A stretch of 64,000 nucleotides of DNA, taken from Octopus vulgaris. Lineage: Eukaryota. Below are positions 38,208-50,719 of this stretch, piece after piece (position 1 is the stretch's first letter; every line of letters begins with the position of its first letter). Below the pieces are notes generated by a model, which had not been told where the DNA came from, did no database searches, and saw only the letters and a list, made by a program, of their open reading frames with translations. Position numbers and translations under genes: made by a program. The stretch is from NCBI GenBank assembly GCA_951406725.2, contig OX597814.1, positions 155,930,001-155,994,000 of the forward strand. The letters are read 5' to 3'.

Positions 38208-38649
38208 TGGTTTCCGCTTCATCGGGGAATTATCTCCCTTTGCAGGATAGAGGACGCCGTGATGGTGTCAAGCCTATCTAGCGACGTTGATGTTCGCCTG
38301 GGGCTAAATGCAACAGTAACACCCCCACCACCCTGCCCTGTCCCTAGCCATATTCAGATGGCTTTAGTCCCTTATGTTATCATATTTTGTTTTTCATTTA
38401 ATAAGTAAATTATTTAGCTTGTATTTATTTCCTAATGTCTAATAATTTATTTCCTTGTTTTTAATCTAACATCTAATTCTATTCTCTTATCTTAACAATT
38501 TCGTATCAACATGCTGTATAAAATATTACTAATTAAACATTTTTTTCGGAATTTCGTCTTATCCAGTTTCATTACATCCCACTACAAACATTTCTTGTTT
38601 TCCTAACTATAGATCTCACCCTCTTTTTTACCGGACATTAGCGCCACCC

Positions 38650-41600
38650 TCTCCCTTTTTTTTATCGTATGCTCTCATCGAAAAGATAATAGTACCAGCA
38701 AATCATTGGGATCGATGGCATCGACTGATTACTAACTCCCCAAATTCCTGGACTTTTGCCTAAATTAGAAATTACTCCTATAACTATTACTGAATAAAGA
38801 AATAGCGGTTCTCTCCAGTTTTGATGTTCTTCCGGATTCTTTATGCTATATCTCTGATCCTTCCTTAGAGAAAACATTTTCCTTAACGCATGCGATGTTT
38901 TGAGGACAGTCACCCCTTGTATACTTCCAATGATGTCAGGTAGTTCGAAATTTTAATTTCTTATAGATGGTTTCCAGTGCACTAACAACTATGCTCATCG
39001 CGCTAATTCTTCAGGCTGTATGAATACGCTGTATTGTGAAAGCTAGGCCATGCTACTTACGGGTTTGTCATTCTCGTCTCTGTTCTCTTAGGGCGGTAAC
39101 GCTATAAAAATGAAAACCCATTCATTGGTCTCTTTTCATATGAGTGTGGTATTTGATAGATTTTACTGAAGTATCTTACCGGTGCAGTTTGTCACATCCC
39201 GAGTGATTTTCAACTTGCTCATTCTCTGTAACTGGAAAGAGTTGGTGTTCATGCCACTCATAGTTACACTCTAGCTCGTACTTTACCAACCGTGAAATGT
39301 TGTATCGTTTTCTATACCCCTGGGCCGATTCTCAACATACACTAACTACAATCGTTTACAGATTAGTTTCCACACAATGGACATACATATATTGCTCATG
39401 TCTTATCAATGTTGTACTTGATAGCATTAGTTAGCAAAACTTGTTCTTGAGCAGCAAGGAACAAACCTTTAGTCTCCTTTAAAAACCATATCTTAACCAT
39501 ATCCAGAATTCCTCACCTCGATTCGATATTTGTTGGAAAAACTCTCCATGTAGTACTTTCTCTAGTTTTCTATCTTACCCTTCATGAGTCTTCCTTTTAA
39601 ATTCCTTAAGCTTCTGGTTATCATCCCTAGTCACCTCACACATTGTGACCCGAAACATCCATTTATCTATATTCTTAGTATGTGCATTCAATGATTTACC
39701 TTCTTTCCTACCACACTTCTCTACTCTATGCAATCTTTCCCTCCGGCATTGTTTGGAAGATAGCCCTAGCTACATTACTTCTGGTATGAAAGTATTTGTG
39801 CTTATCTTTCTACTTCTTTCTATGCTGACCTGTTTCTCTTTTGTCAAATCTACAGGTTATTACATCAGCCCATGCTTACAATTTAAGTGTTAATGCCATG
39901 CCATTTGTCATATTGATTCATTTAGCTTGAATCTACACGATTTAGATTTTTTCTTCTAATCTGCTATGATCATCTTGATTTCAGTCATCTGGTTTCATTG
40001 TAAAATACCAAGTTACTTTATCGATTTCTGTCCATTTACCTGAAAACACTATCATCCATAAATTCTACTCCACTATTGTCTACTTTATTTCCTCTAATTT
40101 CTATGATAGGGTACCTCTTTATACCAAATAACACTCATATTCCGTATGGTAAAATTCAAATTCGTATCGCCTTGCAAAGGGAGACAATTTAATCCCTTCT
40201 AGCCCCGTTAAACGTCAGATTATCCATCAATAGTGGGAAGTGGTTGTTATGTTTTTTCAACAGACTCGATCTTCAATCTATAACCAGATTTTATTTTCAA
40301 AACCAAAGTCAATGGTAACAATAAAAACAAACAACTGTGGCAAAGGTCCTCAACCTGCTGTCAAACTTGTCTTTGAATTCCTAGTACTGTAGCTTACTCA
40401 AGATATAGTTTGAGCTGCCCCGATCATCTCCCGGCATTTCCTAATCTACGAGTGACATATCATGCCTTTAGCATTTGATGCACTGTTCCTTTAGATCCCT
40501 CCCCCGATTCTTTTATTCATCAGCTATTAATGGCTTTCTTTCCAAGAGTTCATACTGTATTTCTCCCACTATTCCATATCACGAGAAACCAGACTATCAC
40601 TTGGTAGTTAATAACATAAGCTCCAGCTTTTGTTGAGACCGGGTAAATTTGCCTCTTCTCGTTTTTCTCCATCTACAATTTCGAACACCAGGGTCTGGTT
40701 AGTTCTAAACAGTCTATTTTGTTTGAACTGTAGGCATCTTTCCTCATATCATCTGATCTTTATTCCATCAGCTTTGATCTTTTTGAATCAAACAATGTTC
40801 CATTTTCTTACGGGTGTTATATCACTTTGTCAAGTCACTTATTTCTTCACCTTACCTCTTCAATCTAACTCAAATTATTTTTTTAATTATCCATATTACC
40901 TCCGATTTACGAAAATTGTATATTGCTTCTCTTTCTTTTCTCTTCCTTCAACATATACTCATTCTTTCCGTAGTGACATGTGCAGCGCCATACATGAACA
41001 CGATTCCTCTTTGTGATAGTTTTAGTTTGAATTTTCAGAACCTTTTCTTTTACTTCCCCATCCTCCGATATCAGCTTTGAAGACGAACGAAATACTGCTA
41101 AGTATTTTGACTGGCGTGGTAACAATTCTGCCAGCTTACCGCCTCTGAAGTTCCTCAATGACGGCAATCCTTTCTTCTCTACAAAAAACATCACCTGTAG
41201 AAGTTCTGTCATGCGAATCTGTGCTGATCTCTCCTCGTGACTTTTCAGCTAAAGGGTTATATTGTGGTTCTCTACAGCTGGCATATTTCCCTCTTCCATA
41301 TCCGAGCTATGCTGATTCCCTTATACAACGGGTATTTCTTCCGGGACTGCATTTCATTTCTCATTGCCTCTGTGCTTTTATCTTGTACCACATTTTCTAA
41401 TCAAAACTTCATATTGATTTGAGTCGCTTCTTTTCATTGACAACCTTCAGCTCATCTTGGTGGTAAAATTTTCTCCAGGGATGTGATCATTTATTTTATA
41501 GTCTTGTTTTTCTAGCTGACTCCTGATGTAACTTGCAAAGAACATTTTATTGTCCTCTTTTGACCTTATTAATTTCATTTGTTGTTCGTCAACTGCAACT

Positions 41601-41700
41601 TGATTATGATCGGGCCTACGAGATAGTTTACTGGACACCTGCTTGACGAGACACCTTCCCTAAAAACTTCAGTCCTTTTAACAACGTTACATTTAAATCC
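38650..41700 (-). mobile_element. Decayed R4/Dong-like non-LTR retrotransposon (RT, CCHC, restriction-like endonuclease)
   Basis: Manual translation remnants LQGD (~40170), YLP..GGK (~39750), ETKGLFLAAQEQVLLT (~39450), CPLCG (~39375) and VIVIGVI (~38780). Boundaries are approximate. Confidence 0.65.
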
Positions 41701-41984
41701 AGTTCTTGACGTTTTTCTAACACATTAGGTATATGTTGTAAGTTTTCTCAATCAGTAGATTTCAACAATTCAAGTGGTCATCCAAGATTCTTAGAGGCCC
41801 GTTTGTTCACATTTAAGCTGGTTACTTTGTGCTTGTCGCAACAAATAGTATTTAACTGTGCATCAAGTAAATATAAAAGAAATAAGATAAGGGAGACAAG
41901 AGAAGGAATAAAATTGATTGAAGAACAGATCTTTATTTTAGAGGTTATTAACTCCTAGATGACTTTTCTTTTAAAGAAATTCAG

Positions 41985-42200
41985 AGGCGGCAAGCTGGCA
42001 GAATTGTTAGCGCAACAGGCAAAAGACTTAGCAGTATTTCGTCCGTCTTTACGCTCTGAGTTCAAATTTCACCGATTCTCAATTTGCTTTTCATCCTTTT
42101 GGGGGCGATAAATTAAGTGCAGTGAAACATTGTGGGTTAATATAATCGACTAGTCTCTCCCCGCAAAATTTCAGCCTTTGTTTCTTAGTAGAAAGCATTA
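41985..42200 (+). mobile_element. SINE family 1 copy
   Basis: ggcggcaagctggcagaattgttagc...gagttcaaatttc...tttcatccttttgggggcgataaattaagt. Confidence 0.8.
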
Positions 42201-42462
42201 TTATTACTATACATTAATATCATGCTTACATTATTTATTCACCCACATGAGGCTTTGTGCTATGCGAATATATTTCAACTGCAATTATGTGCATGAAATA
42301 CATATTGCGTAATCAATGAAGAACTATCAAAAGCATAAATATACACATAATGGCCTCCACTAATGCATCAGACAGGTTTATGATTAATTTATATACTAGC
42401 AGATGGGTGCCCTCAGCTGGGGAGAGAATCCTATTATGATATTCTAGAGAGAGATTACCAAA

Positions 42463-42535
42463 CTGAGGAGATGTTTGTTGGGTTACGCCTCTCTTTTTCC
42501 TTGTATAAGAAGCATCGAAAAAACATATTTACTTT
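42463..42535 (+). ncRNA. Hammerhead-like motif, CUGAGGA core, weak stem I
   Basis: CUGAGGA-GAUGUU...AGCAUC-GAAA-aa..uu-UA, followed by AATAAA and a microsatellite. Confidence 0.4.
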
Positions 42536-42751
42536 CGTATTTTCCCCACATCGACTTCTCGTAATAAATGCATACATATATATATATATATGTATGTGTA
42601 TGGAAGTGTACATACACATCTATCTATCTATCTACCTATCTATCTATCTATATATATATATATATATAGATGCAAAGGAATATGGTACTTAAGTTAGATT
42701 CACTAGAATTTTGTATGGTGTTATCCATATAAATCCATGGGGTGATTATAA

Positions 42752-43094
42752 TCAAAATAAGCAAAAAGAACATATTCGGTAATTTGGTACGATCGTTTCA
42801 CGCTACATCATTTTATTAAACATTGTAAGTATTACAACAGTTTTAAAATGTTGAGCAATCATCAGCCATTTATAGATGTTTTCCATTAATACATATTTTC
42901 AAATTAATTGATAACAGCCCTCTCTATAATGTTATCAATTAATATGAAAATATGTATTAATGGAAAACCTCTATAAATGGCCGATGATTGCTCAGCATTT
43001 TAAAACTGTTGTAATACTTACAATGTTTAATAAAATGATGTTGCGTGAAACGATCGTACCAAATTACCGAAGATATTCTTGTTGCTTATTTTGA
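42752..43094. mobile_element. Foldback element, 165-bp arms (42752-42916 / 42930-43094)
   Basis: Reverse-complement arms with a few substitutions and a 13-nt spacer. Confidence 0.88.
42785..42868 (-). ncRNA. Type I hammerhead motif, canonical CUGAUGA core (mirror copy 42978-43061 on plus with CCGAUGA)
   Basis: UGG-CUGAUGA-uUGC...GCGu-GAAA-CGAUCG-UA-CCA, with palindromic stem III. Confidence 0.7.
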
Positions 43095-43874
43095 GTGCGG
43101 ATTCAGAATGTTTGTATACTCTGCTAGCTTTCCTTGCATGATCAGTGAAGCTATTAGGAATCTGAAACTCATCAATGGATTATTTTATCCGAGCGTATTT
43201 CGGATCTTACGTAACTGTGAGAAATGAATACTATGAAAATTTCATATCTCATTACTAACATTTCATTAAATTTTATTCAAGCATACATCCATTATGTCCA
43301 TTTTGCTCAATACAAAGAAAACAAAAATTATATATTAGTGTGAATGACTTCAATTTTTCTTCTTTTCTCACCTGTTAAATGATATACATTTTTTTTATAT
43401 ATATTCGAGATCACTTAGTTAACTTACTTTATCTTATAGAATTTGCTTTAGGCTGAAACAAATGATGTAATCTTCGTTATTTACGCACTCGTTCATCATC
43501 GACAACGTCAGTACGATGAGTGAAGTAGATAATCGGTGTTTACTTGGAATATATATCATTTAAGTAAATTAACCTCGACATATTTCCCTCCCCTGCTTTG
43601 TTTTCTTTTCTTCATGCGATCACCCAGAGAACGTTCTCGATGTCTAGGATATCATTGTATAATGCCTAATGACTGCGAATCGATTAATGGCTTTCATCAT
43701 CTACTTTATTTCAAAATTAATTTAAAAGCAAAATTGAGAAAAATACATTATGCAAAATGATATATATGCATATATACGTACGTACATGCGCACATACATA
43801 CATAAAAGCATATACACATACATACGTGTTTATGTGTGTATGTACGTATCTATGTATATATGTACTTTGTAAGT

Positions 43875-43963
<89 letters not shown>

Positions 43964-45294
43964 GTATGTATAAATATAAGCTGTCAAAGTGCTATACGCA
44001 CATACTGTTATACATATAAAATGGTGTGTAAACTTACTTCTATTTAATAGAAAATGAACGGAAGATTAAGTTATAAAAATGCTTTAAAAGGAATATAATA
44101 TTTGAACAGCATGAGTTGGATTTAGCTAAAGAGTGTGACACAACTTAGTATGCATTTTTGACATTACCATCCAACAATGGTACTGCAATATTTGGTACGA
44201 AGGGGAAGCAACAGGCAATAACATGAACCGTGCGAGATTTTGACCACTCTGTACCAATATTTCTATTGGACTGTTCTAAGTAATTTAATTACTATCGGTT
44301 CTTTAACGTTTGTTACTTATTTTCAATTTCACGTTCCATGTTTTCTAATGAAAGCAGTTCTGTAAGAAGAATATGATTATAAACTTGCTTCATCCTCTTG
44401 AAGATTGCAAGAGATCTGTAATTTCTAAATTACATTTTTTAAAGAAAGTAGCTAGATATTTCATTCAAGGTTTTAATTTTCGTTTAAAAGGAATTCGAAA
44501 TAGTCCCCACCCCCATCCATTAACTTACCTCATATCTCTGCAGAACTCTTCACATTCAATGATATATTTAATCGTGTCGAATGAGCTTAATTATCAGAAA
44601 ATAAAAGAGGATACAATAAGAACCTGATTTCAACAGCAAATAGAAAGCAACGGTATTCATTTTGCTCAATAAAATATTACGTATTAAAACAGCACAAAAA
44701 CCATACGATTATAACGGAGTGTAGCGCTGAATGAAAATACTAGTATTGATCTCAATTTAACAGTTATGAAACACAAATATGCTGTAGGTGGGATCTGTAG
44801 AAACGGCCATCAATAGACTTAAGTATGTGAGTCATATTATTCTGCAATCTGCTGATTCTGCTATTCGTCCTTATAAAATAGTGAATTCTAACAGTCTAAT
44901 GTTACAAATCTTGGGGGTGAATGCAGTGAATTATAGCGACCCTATTACTTGCAAGATACATTATTTTATCCACTCCAGAAAGATTAAAGGCAAATTCAAC
45001 TGTCAAAGATTTTGAACTCAAGATGTGAAGAACCTTTAATTAAAAAAAAAAAAATTCGTGAGACACTTTGGTAAGAATACCTTCATTGGATTTCTCTGAT
45101 GAATTAATATTGATACATAAAACAGACACGTAGCGAAAAACATTTCTATAAATAGTCGGTATAATTGCTCTGAAATTCCTTAGTATTTGATTGGTATTTA
45201 TTTTATTAACACTGATTATATCAAAGAGAAACTTCACTGTGACTGGATTCGACCACAAGACATAAAATGGCTTCATGGAACATACAAGATTGTA

Positions 45295-47719
45295 ATGGAT
45301 CACTTTTGCGTCCGTTATTTTAGAAATTTTGCCTTTATGAGGGTCATTTTTAGTCATTTCGGTTGTTTGTGGGTTTTAAGGATCTTAAGTGTGTGTAAAA
45401 TGTCCTTTAATTTGGAATCCTTATGCAACATTGGTAAATTTTAGGTGACAATGGGGAAGGTTTCTTTGTTTCTGGGGTTGTATGTGTATATGTACGACAG
45501 TATTTTCGGGGAAGGTGTGTTGCTGTGTTGAACTTTTCTTAAGGTTTCTATGTAGATATGTGTTGCAAGTCTGATTCCATCCTCTATGAGATGAACTGGA
45601 CAGTGGTTGTTAATCGGGGTGTTTTTGAGATCTTACAGTGTAAAGTCTCTGTTATTTTGTCTGACACTATTGGTCATATCCTTCTTGCAAGGTTCAAGGG
45701 GATGTTTGTTTTGGTGTCTTGGGTGGCAGGAATTAAATAGTAGATATTGTTTAGCGTCTATGGTTTTGTAAAATATCTCTGTTTCTATTTTTAGGTTTAT
45801 TTTATAATTAATATATCCAAGAATCGGAGTTCCTTGTGGTGGTATTCCGTTGTAAACTGTATCTTTGGGCTGACGCTGTTCAATAGTCTTTTGAATTTTA
45901 GGAGTTAGCCTGTGTTTTCATTCCAGAGAATGAATCAGTCATCTAGGAGTCTTTTCCAATTTTCTTTTATGTATTGGGAAAGGGGGTTTCCAAAGGTAGA
46001 TAACGATTTCTGGTAATTATTATTTCCAGATAGCCCATTGTTAGATTCTCAATGACCAGGGCGACCCTAGTGCCCATGTTATTTCCAGATTTTTGTTGAT
46101 AAAGCATATTGTCAAACATAAAATGGTTGTTTCGTAGGATGAATTCAACCGATTCAATTATGAATTCTTTGCTGATCCTTTCCGGTATTTCTTCCGGATA
46201 TTGGTTCAGCCAGAACTGAATTGCCTCTAGCCCATAATTATGAGGTATACTGGTATATAAATTAATCACATCAAATGAAACCATGATTGTTTCTTCCTTG
46301 ACTTCTTTGGAGGTGATTTAACATGTCCAAGTCATATCTAATATAGTTATTGATGTGTTTAAGAAAGGGTTTCAGGAGGATGTTCATAAATAGACTTAGT
46401 CTGTGTGCTTCACAGGCTGGGCCAGTTATAATGGGTGGTAATTGTAGGTCCGCTGGGTTTGTTGCATGTATATACGTCTTCGGTGATTTTTTATGTTTTC
46501 ATTTATAATCTGACTTTTGTTGAATTTTGGTAGACTGTAGAAAAGGTTAGGTTTGCATTTAAAGTTTGTTAAATAGTTAATTTCTTTGGTTGTTAGTTCT
46601 TTTCCATGGGTTTTAATTAGTGAGGACAAGATTTTCATTATTTTTTGCGGGGTGTGTTTAGTGATTTTTTCGTAATGTTGACTGTCATTCAGCATAGGGA
46701 TTAATAGATTTCTATAGTATAATGTGTCTATTACTACCACTGCACTTCCTTTATCTGCTTTCTTAATCGTTATATCATCTTTATTTTGAAGTTCTGTTAG
46801 TTCCTTCCATTGTGTAGTGCTAAACCTTTCCCTAATAGCCCGCTCTCTGTCAGGTTAATTTAGTATTATTTTGATCTGGAATTTGCGTGGAAGAATAATT
46901 GGTGTTGATTTCATCCATCTCTCGTAGATATCTGCTCTGTTGGAATTTTTTATCATATTCCAGAAAGCTAGTTTTCTATTATGGAAGTTTGTATTCCAGA
47001 TGTTCTCTACTTTTCTTTTTGTTAGATTGACTTGTAAGTATGACGTCCTGGTGTGTTTCATTTGATGTGCGTTGGTTGTTCTTCGGTTTGTTTGTGAAGA
47101 CCGACTTCAGTGTGGTGCATAGAGTGTTTAAATCTTTACTAATCTGTTCCTGTTTTAAACTGAATTCATTGTAAGTGTCGTGGAGAGAGAGTTGTTCATT
47201 GTTGGGTTTGTTAATAAACATTGAGTTGAGAGTTGTGCATAAAAGTTGTAAGCCATTACTAACCTGATCTGTGAGATGAGTTGTTTCTTCAATGTTTTTC
47301 CTCTCCCGGGCGAGTAGGTTTGAGTTCTCGATTTTGTTATTTATGATAATGAGGTGCGATTTAATATTTTTGAGTTCTTTAAGTATGTCCTAGTTTGTAA
47401 TTTTATCTGATGTATTGGTCTTCTGTGGCATTTTCGGTTCCACGTGTTTTAGCTTATGGTTGAGGGAGTTGGTATGTGAAAGAACGTCGTTGAATGTACA
47501 ATAGACAAAAATTAGGTGAAAAAAATTAAAAAAGACGTGTTATATGGTTAAAGAATATATTTAAATTGTTATGCTAGAAAAATGTTATAAAATTTTGTGT
47601 ATAGTAACATTGTTTTTGGAGAAATAACCATCATATTTTCTTCTCAAATTTCTCAAATTTCTTTGCCAATACTGTGTCATCTCTTTGCTAGATATCACAG
47701 TACGAGAGTTCCAGACAGG
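45295..47719 (-). mobile_element. Degenerate Penelope-like element (N-terminus and RT)
   Basis: IKKADKGSAVVV (~46740), FYSLPKFNK, VSFDVINLYTSIPH, NNHFMFDNMLYQQKSGNNMGT, IFYKTIDAKQYL and TNIPLNLARR. Multiple stops and frameshifts. Confidence 0.88.
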
Positions 47720-48297
47720 GGAAGGTAATCGCTCAGGCGAAGATGCACTCTGCACCGACAGCAGATTGCATTCCTAGAATACAGAATGATACCCTTTAGT
47801 GAACACATTCAGAAATGCGCAAAGCAACTGCTACCACAATTTGTAATCTTTACATTATATCAATGTGCCATTGGAACGCCAACACAAGTTAAATTAAATA
47901 AGGAAACCTATTTCATTGGAAAATATAAGCCAAAACTTGACCATTTCTAGCATTTTTAAATAAGGAAACTTACCTCACAGTATAAAAATATAAAGCAAAA
48001 CCTAGCATTCAATTCTTTCTAAATCAAAACATGTTAAATTAATAAAAGCTAATCATTCCCAACATTTTTGATTATCTCTTTTATACCGAAAATATCCCTG
48101 ATTATCTTATCCTGTCTGGAACTCTCATACTTCATAGCAAAAAGATGACGCAATATCGGTAAAGAAATTTGAGAAATTTGCAAAGAAAATACGAAACCGA
48201 AATTTCTCCAAAAACAATTTTACTATACACAAAATTTTATAACATTTTTCTAACATAACGATTTAAATATATTCTTTAAAACCATATAACACGTCTT
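47532..48297. repeat. Diverged ~187-bp inverted repeat at the PLE 5' end (47532-47719 / 48111-48297)
   Basis: The arms align as reverse complements (aagacgtgttatatgg..ccagacagg / cctgtctgg..ccatataacacgtctt). Confidence 0.8.
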
Positions 48298-48307
48298 CTG
48301 TAGTTTT

Positions 48308-48680
48308 CACAGGCTTGGCTGTGTGATAAAAAGCTTGCTTCCGAAACACATGATTCCGGGTTCAGTCCCACTGCGTGGTACCTTGGTTGTGTGTTTCTAC
48401 TGTAGCCTCTGGTCAACCAAAACCTTGTGAGAGAATTTGATAGACGGAATCTGAAAGAACCCCATCGAATATGTGTGTGCACGTGCGCGTGTGAGTGCAA
48501 CTTTGTGTCTTTGTCTCTCACCGCCGTTTGACAATTAATGTTGATGTGTTTACGTTCTCTCAACGTAGCGGTTCGGTAAAAGGGTCCATAGAATATGTAC
48601 TACATTTAGCAAAAATCCTGTAGTTGATCTGTTCGACTTTAAGGCGGTACTCTGAAACGATTAAAATATAAAAGAAAAGA
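48308..48680 (+). mobile_element. CORE-type SINE family 3, near full length
   Basis: tRNA-like head (gggttcagtccc), CORE-like segment, (GT)-rich middle, aaggcggt..ctgaaac tail. Confidence 0.75.
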
Positions 48681-48701
48681 TTATATACATATATATATAT
48701 A

Positions 48702-49540
48702 CAGGGTGCGTAAGTTGTTTGAAGACATATTTATGTTTATAAAAAATACAGATATACAATAACAGATAACATTATATATTTAAAAAATGCTGTGAGGATA
48801 AAAGTAAACCTTCTTTTCTATAATTTTATTCAATAAAGCTACTTTCAGCATCCGCTTCTATATGAGATCTAAATCATCAATATGCTTGAATCAAGTTGTC
48901 TCGGTTCATTTTGGACATTACTTTCACTATGACAGCTTTCAAAGAATCTTTGGTGCTATGGGCGTGTTTATTGAGCTCTCTCTGAACAACGCTCCACATG
49001 TAATAGTCCAATTGAATGATATCTGGGGAATTAGGAGGCCGAATTTTAGGGGCTATGTAATCGTGAAAATTTTCAGCCATCCATTCCTCTGTTAATAGAG
49101 GCATGTGTGATAGTGCAGAGTCTTACTGAAACACATATATCCTTCCATTACATACACTGTCTATCCAGGGCTTTACAAGTGTTTCAAGTACCTCAATGTA
49201 GGTGAAAAAGTTGACTCGATAGCCTTGTGGAAAGAAGTAAGGAGGCATCATATGTCCTTCATTGCTGACAAACCCTAAAACCATGACAGTTGCAGGAAAT
49301 TTTGTATGCATAACGCTTGGAACTTCAGAAAGGTCTGCACATAACCATCTGTCATTTCTTCTGTTAAATATTTGACCTTGGTCGAAGTTTTTTTCGTTTG
49401 GAAAAAAACAAATCAAATCTTCCTCTGCAAGATTTTTCAGATTTTTTAAGTACCTTTTAGATCTGTTGTAGTAATTTTACTTTTGCTTTTTCGGACAAAT
49501 TGACTTTTCCTCATCATATCAGACTTACATCTGATGTCTT
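48702..49540 (-). mobile_element. Tc1/mariner DD37D (maT-like) transposase relic with one terminal repeat end
   Basis: The in-frame ORFs give VFQ*DSALSH...PPNSPDIIQLDY, with 37 residues between the second and third Asp. TA-CAGGGTG terminus at 48700-48708. Confidence 0.85.
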
Positions 49541-49594
49541 GTGTATATCCCACATGGGTTTTATTTACATGCATTTTTATGTATATTTAGATAT

Positions 49595-49856
49595 ATATTT
49601 ATACTTTTTAATTACGGAGAAGTACTTGCATAGCAATTGATTTGATCTGAGATCGTGTGCTGAAACGAAAACAAATGCAGCGTGGAAGGTGTTTGTAAGC
49701 CATTTAAGAAACACACAAAAGCCGTTCGATTCACTTCAACATTTAAGTTTAATTTGTCAAAATATTTTCGTCGCTTTAAGACCGCGACCTGTTCACTGAC
49801 AAAAATCCGAGTTTTGTCAGTGAACAGGTCGCGGTCTTAAAGCGACGAAAATATTT
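49595..49856 (-). mobile_element. Short HHR-bearing element ending in a perfect ~45-bp-arm hairpin (49760-49856)
   Basis: aaatattttcgtcgc..ctgacaaaa / atccgag / ttttgtcag..gcgacgaaaatattt. The left boundary is approximate. Confidence 0.75.
49753..49803 (-). ncRNA. Type I hammerhead motif with swapped G3-C8 core
   Basis: UUUGUCA-GUGAACA-g-GUCGCggucuuaaaGCGAC-GAAA-AUAU-UU-UGACAAA: 7-bp stem I, 5-bp stem II, palindromic stem III. Confidence 0.75.
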
Positions 49857-50600
49857 ATGCCGATGTTTATTAATATCTATATACGCATTTTAAGTCGAAT
49901 TTATGACTGTATAGTATGTTTAAAATGTTGATTGCCTAATTTGAGTTTACATGTTAATCCTTATCTTTTGTCTCGTGTTAAACCCGAGTACTTCTTAGGC
50001 AGCTCTATATATTTCGTAAGAAAGAGCAATAATATTATATATCTATGTGTGTGTGTGTATACATGTATGTATATAGTGTAACTGTGCGTGTATTTGTGTC
50101 TATTATTGTGAATAGTTTAACAGTTTTCACACAAGTATATTTACGATACAAGAAACATTTGAAAACTTGATAAAAATAAACAAAGCATTTTCATTTTTTT
50201 CATCAAAATACGATACGGGTTTCAAACGCCTAAAAGGACAATTTAGTTATGAATATATATAATAGGAAAAATAAGTTGAAATAAATTATTTTTTTCATTT
50301 GAGTTCTGAGGATCACATGTTTTTTCTATTCAAGAATGACATGGTATTCGTATGTCGTTTCCTTCTCACTGTAGCTGGTTCGTGGACACACTCCCACTGC
50401 TACCTCCACTACCTCAGATGAAACGAAACACCAACATCATATGATTTTGTAAGAAAAACATGTGATCTTCCAGAACTGATATAATGGAAGTTTACATTAA
50501 TTTAGGTTTTTTCATTTTATATATTCTCTTACATCTCTTTGACTAAATCTTCCTTTTAAGCGATTCAAACCCGTTACATATCTCAATACATTCTTTTTTG

Positions 50601-50645
<45 letters not shown>

Positions 50646-50719
50646 TAAGTACATTATATATATATATATATGAGGCCGAAACTTCGAAGTCACTGTCAAC
50701 AACATTCTTTATATATATA

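Larger units (their letters stand above)
37724..38380 (+). mobile_element. Retrozyme-like head-to-tail repeat, 360-bp period, 1.8 units, two HHRs
   Basis: 37724-38020 repeats at 38084-38380 with two differences seen (37920/38280 and 37980/38340). Homologous to the minus strand of 35652-36010. Confidence 0.9.

Noticed and set aside
37845-38408. Duplicated 86-aa and 67-aa ORFs in the 360-bp repeat
   Set aside because: They start at GTG, have no recognisable motif, and the frame is not evidently conserved in the sister family. The conservation is of RNA structure.
43486-43542. Small hairpin as a possible pre-miRNA
   Set aside because: The stem is short and imperfect with a large loop, and no known mature sequence is recognisable.
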